In this document: in pieces, positions 61,543-64,000 of the stretch
Numbering within the stretch: position 1 is the first letter of the stretch
Layout of the letters: every line of letters starts with the position of its first letter
Assembly (NCBI GenBank): GCA_040954595.2
Contig: CM082589.2
Span: 1,342,009 to 1,406,008, forward strand
Length of the DNA stretch: 64,000 nucleotides
Direction of reading: 5' to 3'
Source: Balanoglossus misakiensis
Lineage: Eukaryota; Animalia; Hemichordata
The notes under the pieces: generated by a model
Told to the model about the DNA's origin: nothing
The model's input: the letters and a program-made list of their open reading frames with translations, nothing else
Database searches by the model: none
Program-made: the position numbers and the translations under genes

Positions 61543-63978
61543 TTACGTCTTGTTGCTGTGGTTACCATCTAGTTTGGTGGTCTCTAACACCTTGGAAACA
61601 ACCTTTGCCCTGTCAAGTAACTGCTTGGCCTCGTGTACAGAACACATCTTGATGGCTAATATCAAAGCTGTAGGAACAACCTGTGGATGAAGAAATTGGA
61701 AACTGTCACTGTTTGGGAAAAGTCAGAATTGTTTGCAGAGAAATTATAGTGGAGACTTAGTTTCATTTCTGTATCAAACTGGAATAATGATACAACACTA
61801 TACAGATATCACTGTGCTCAAACTCATTGATCTAATATCAAAGAACAAATTCAGCTACTACCGGTAGTATCTATGTAGGATTTCCTAATATCACAGATAT
61901 TTCTCTGACCTTGTTCATGTCTGTAGCTTTGTCAATATGTTCAGATACGGCAGCCGCGTCCTGCTCTGCAGTGACATCATCAGATGAATAGATACTCTTC
62001 AACAAGGCAAGTCTGGCTTCTTCAGAAGTACATCCACCAAATTTCTACAAACCAATCAGAGCTAGATCAGAACTAACCAGGGAATTCACAGTCAAATGAT
62101 CCATACAAGTTTGGTGGTATGTGAATTGATATTCTGAGAAGCTTAATATATGTATTAATCCTTACCTGTATGATGCCAATAGCTCTGTGATATAGCTTGT
62201 TATTACTGACTTTGACATCAATCATCAGATTCTTGTAAACTTTGCCGTTGAGAATGTGGCTGCCTGTACTGATTGAATTCAAGATCCATTTCAACGAAAT
62301 CTCTATCAGGAAAGTCTCCAGGTGCTTAAACTTCTTGTCTTCTGAAAGCTGATTGGCTGATTGCACATGAAACATTGTAGCAACTTCATCCTGAATCTGT
62401 TGCCATGGTAAATTCACTGAGAGTACTGATTTGAAGAGTGACAAAAATGGTCTGTCCTGCATAGAAATGACAAAAATGTGCATGTTAAGATTTCTGTTTC
62501 CACAGCATGTATGTTTTTGATCTTGTGTCAGTCTGAAGTTCATAATGACCAAAATGTGAAAAAGCTTGGACAAAATCTCACCTGCAGTGACTGGTTTCCA
62601 TGTTGGGATTCTGTGAAATGTATGATTCCAAATTGAGATGTGTGTTTCAGTACTGTTTCTGACATTGCACTTAACTGGTCCTTGTGACTGGCAAGATCTG
62701 AGGATGAACAGAAATACTAAGTTACAGAGATGTTTCATGATGAAAAGCCTTATAACTATATTTGATATTTCACTGATGATAACAACTCAGTTTCCATCCT
62801 GCACATGGCAAATGACCAAAACAATTCTATGTCATTGGCTGATCTCACCTTGATCTCTGAGTAGAAATATTACTGTGTCGTGTTTATCCAGTTTCCCAAT
62901 CATATCTTTTTGAAAATGTTCAGCTGAGAGATTGAAAGGCTCGCCCTGGAATGATAGCAAATTTACATTATTGGATCCAGAATACTGACACAAATTTTGA
63001 CTAGTGTTTGTACACTCTCTCCAAATGTTATATGTCCCCTTTTCAACAAATTCTGAGTTTATTTGATGAGCAGTGGAGTTAAGACTGTGTGCCCAACTCA
63101 CCAAAGCAAGCATACTGGCACCTTCTCTATTACCGTAGACTTCATATCCTCCAACAACAAACCCTCTGATATCGTCCAAAGCTACAAGAAAAAAATACAA
63201 TCAATATGTCTGATTTCATAACACTGATGGGCATAAGTACAATTTCAATGTTTTTAATATTGTAAGTTCAGACATCTAGTATCTGGAATCATTATCTTAA
63301 ACAAAGGTATACTTGCTTGCTCCATAGGTAGGTGGACATTCTGAAGCATCAATAATACCCATAATTCCAAGTGAATCTACTCCGATGTAGTATATGTGAC
63401 CATTGTTGTTTAAACTGTTGAAAGATACAGAATGTAAATTGTATGGGTATCCATCCAGTGGCTTGTATTTTTCTTGCTAAATATTGTCTTAAAAACCAAC
63501 ATATCATCCTTTAACACAAGTTCCTGAGCTATCAGTCAAGATATTTTTGCAGTCAGACAGAGATCAAGAAAAATCTTATTCGACACTGACCTGTTCGCTG
63601 CCCATTGAACAAGTTGAGCAATCTGATCCGCATAGGTATAAGTTGTCTTGTAAATCAGTTGGTAGGAAGACAATAAACATTTCACAGGATCTCTGACGTG
63701 TTCATTGGTGTCTGTACTGAGATGTGCCAATGTGAAGATGGTTTCGAGAAGAATCTTCGTGGCGCTGCCACTTTTCATGCGCGAAGAACCAGTGATGGCT
63801 TCTGGCTGTGTGTGGAATGGAGAGCAAAGGTAAATACAGAACTATTGCAAAGTAATAAACATCTGACGATTATGGAATCTGAGACAGACAGAGAGAGAGA
63901 ATTGAGTACTTACACCAACAATGGGGTTCAAGATAGACGCATTATTGCACTTGCTGAAATCTTCTAATCTATTAGCCA
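61543..63978 (-). CDS. GCKR: Glucokinase regulatory protein-like (SIS domains), 3' part; 5' exons beyond window
   Basis: Exons (descending) 63914-63978, 63591-63805, 63317-63414, 63102-63181, 62849-62945, 62582-62697, 62166-62456, 61910-62044, 61543-61680. Motifs: [84 protein letters not shown]. Confidence 0.92.
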
Positions 63979-64000
63979 CTGTAAAAAAGACAGAAAATGG

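Noticed and set aside
62073-62738. 221-aa ORF as a separate gene
   Set aside because: It is GCKR exon 62166-62456 with read-through into flanking sequence.
1-64000. Prokaryotic systems (CRISPR, operons, defence islands), tRNA or rRNA genes
   Set aside because: The sequence is spliceosomal-intron-containing animal DNA; no spaced repeat arrays or cloverleaf/rRNA signatures were seen.

Overview
Gene-dense, AT-rich eukaryotic (animal) genomic DNA with short GT-AG introns. Gene content and style suggest an invertebrate deuterostome, but this is inference and not provable here. I assembled 15 protein-coding loci by hand from splice sites: Rab10 (3' end, +), a hot-dog-fold/thioesterase-like mitochondrial protein (-), PDCD5 (-), RRM2 (+), POFUT1 (-), a RING/TM/filamin gene nested in POFUT1 intron 2 (-), a long AKAP7-like 2H-phosphoesterase (+), HINT3 (+), SLC44A/CTL1 (+), a PAR-type bZIP factor (+), an intronless unknown ORF (-), TPMT (+), a CFAP97-domain protein (+), an SDS22-type LRR protein (+) and GCKR (3' part, -). 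No tRNA, rRNA, CRISPR array or intact transposon was recognised. The most unusual items are: (1) a same-strand nested, membrane-anchored, rearranged TRIM-NHL-derived E3-like gene inside POFUT1, with an in-phase acceptor and its own polyA signal; (2) an AKAP7-like protein with a long N-terminal extension, and upstream of it an ORF with a pair of kinesin-light-chain-type LEWD motifs; (3) alternative first exons of the choline transporter that swap an acidic dileucine signal for an MGCC acylation signal; (4) two GC-AG introns, a POFUT1 lacking a KDEL-like tail, twin long hairpins in the Rab10 3' UTR, and a D-box cluster in the bZIP gene's own intron. All family assignments are from motif recognition, not database searches.
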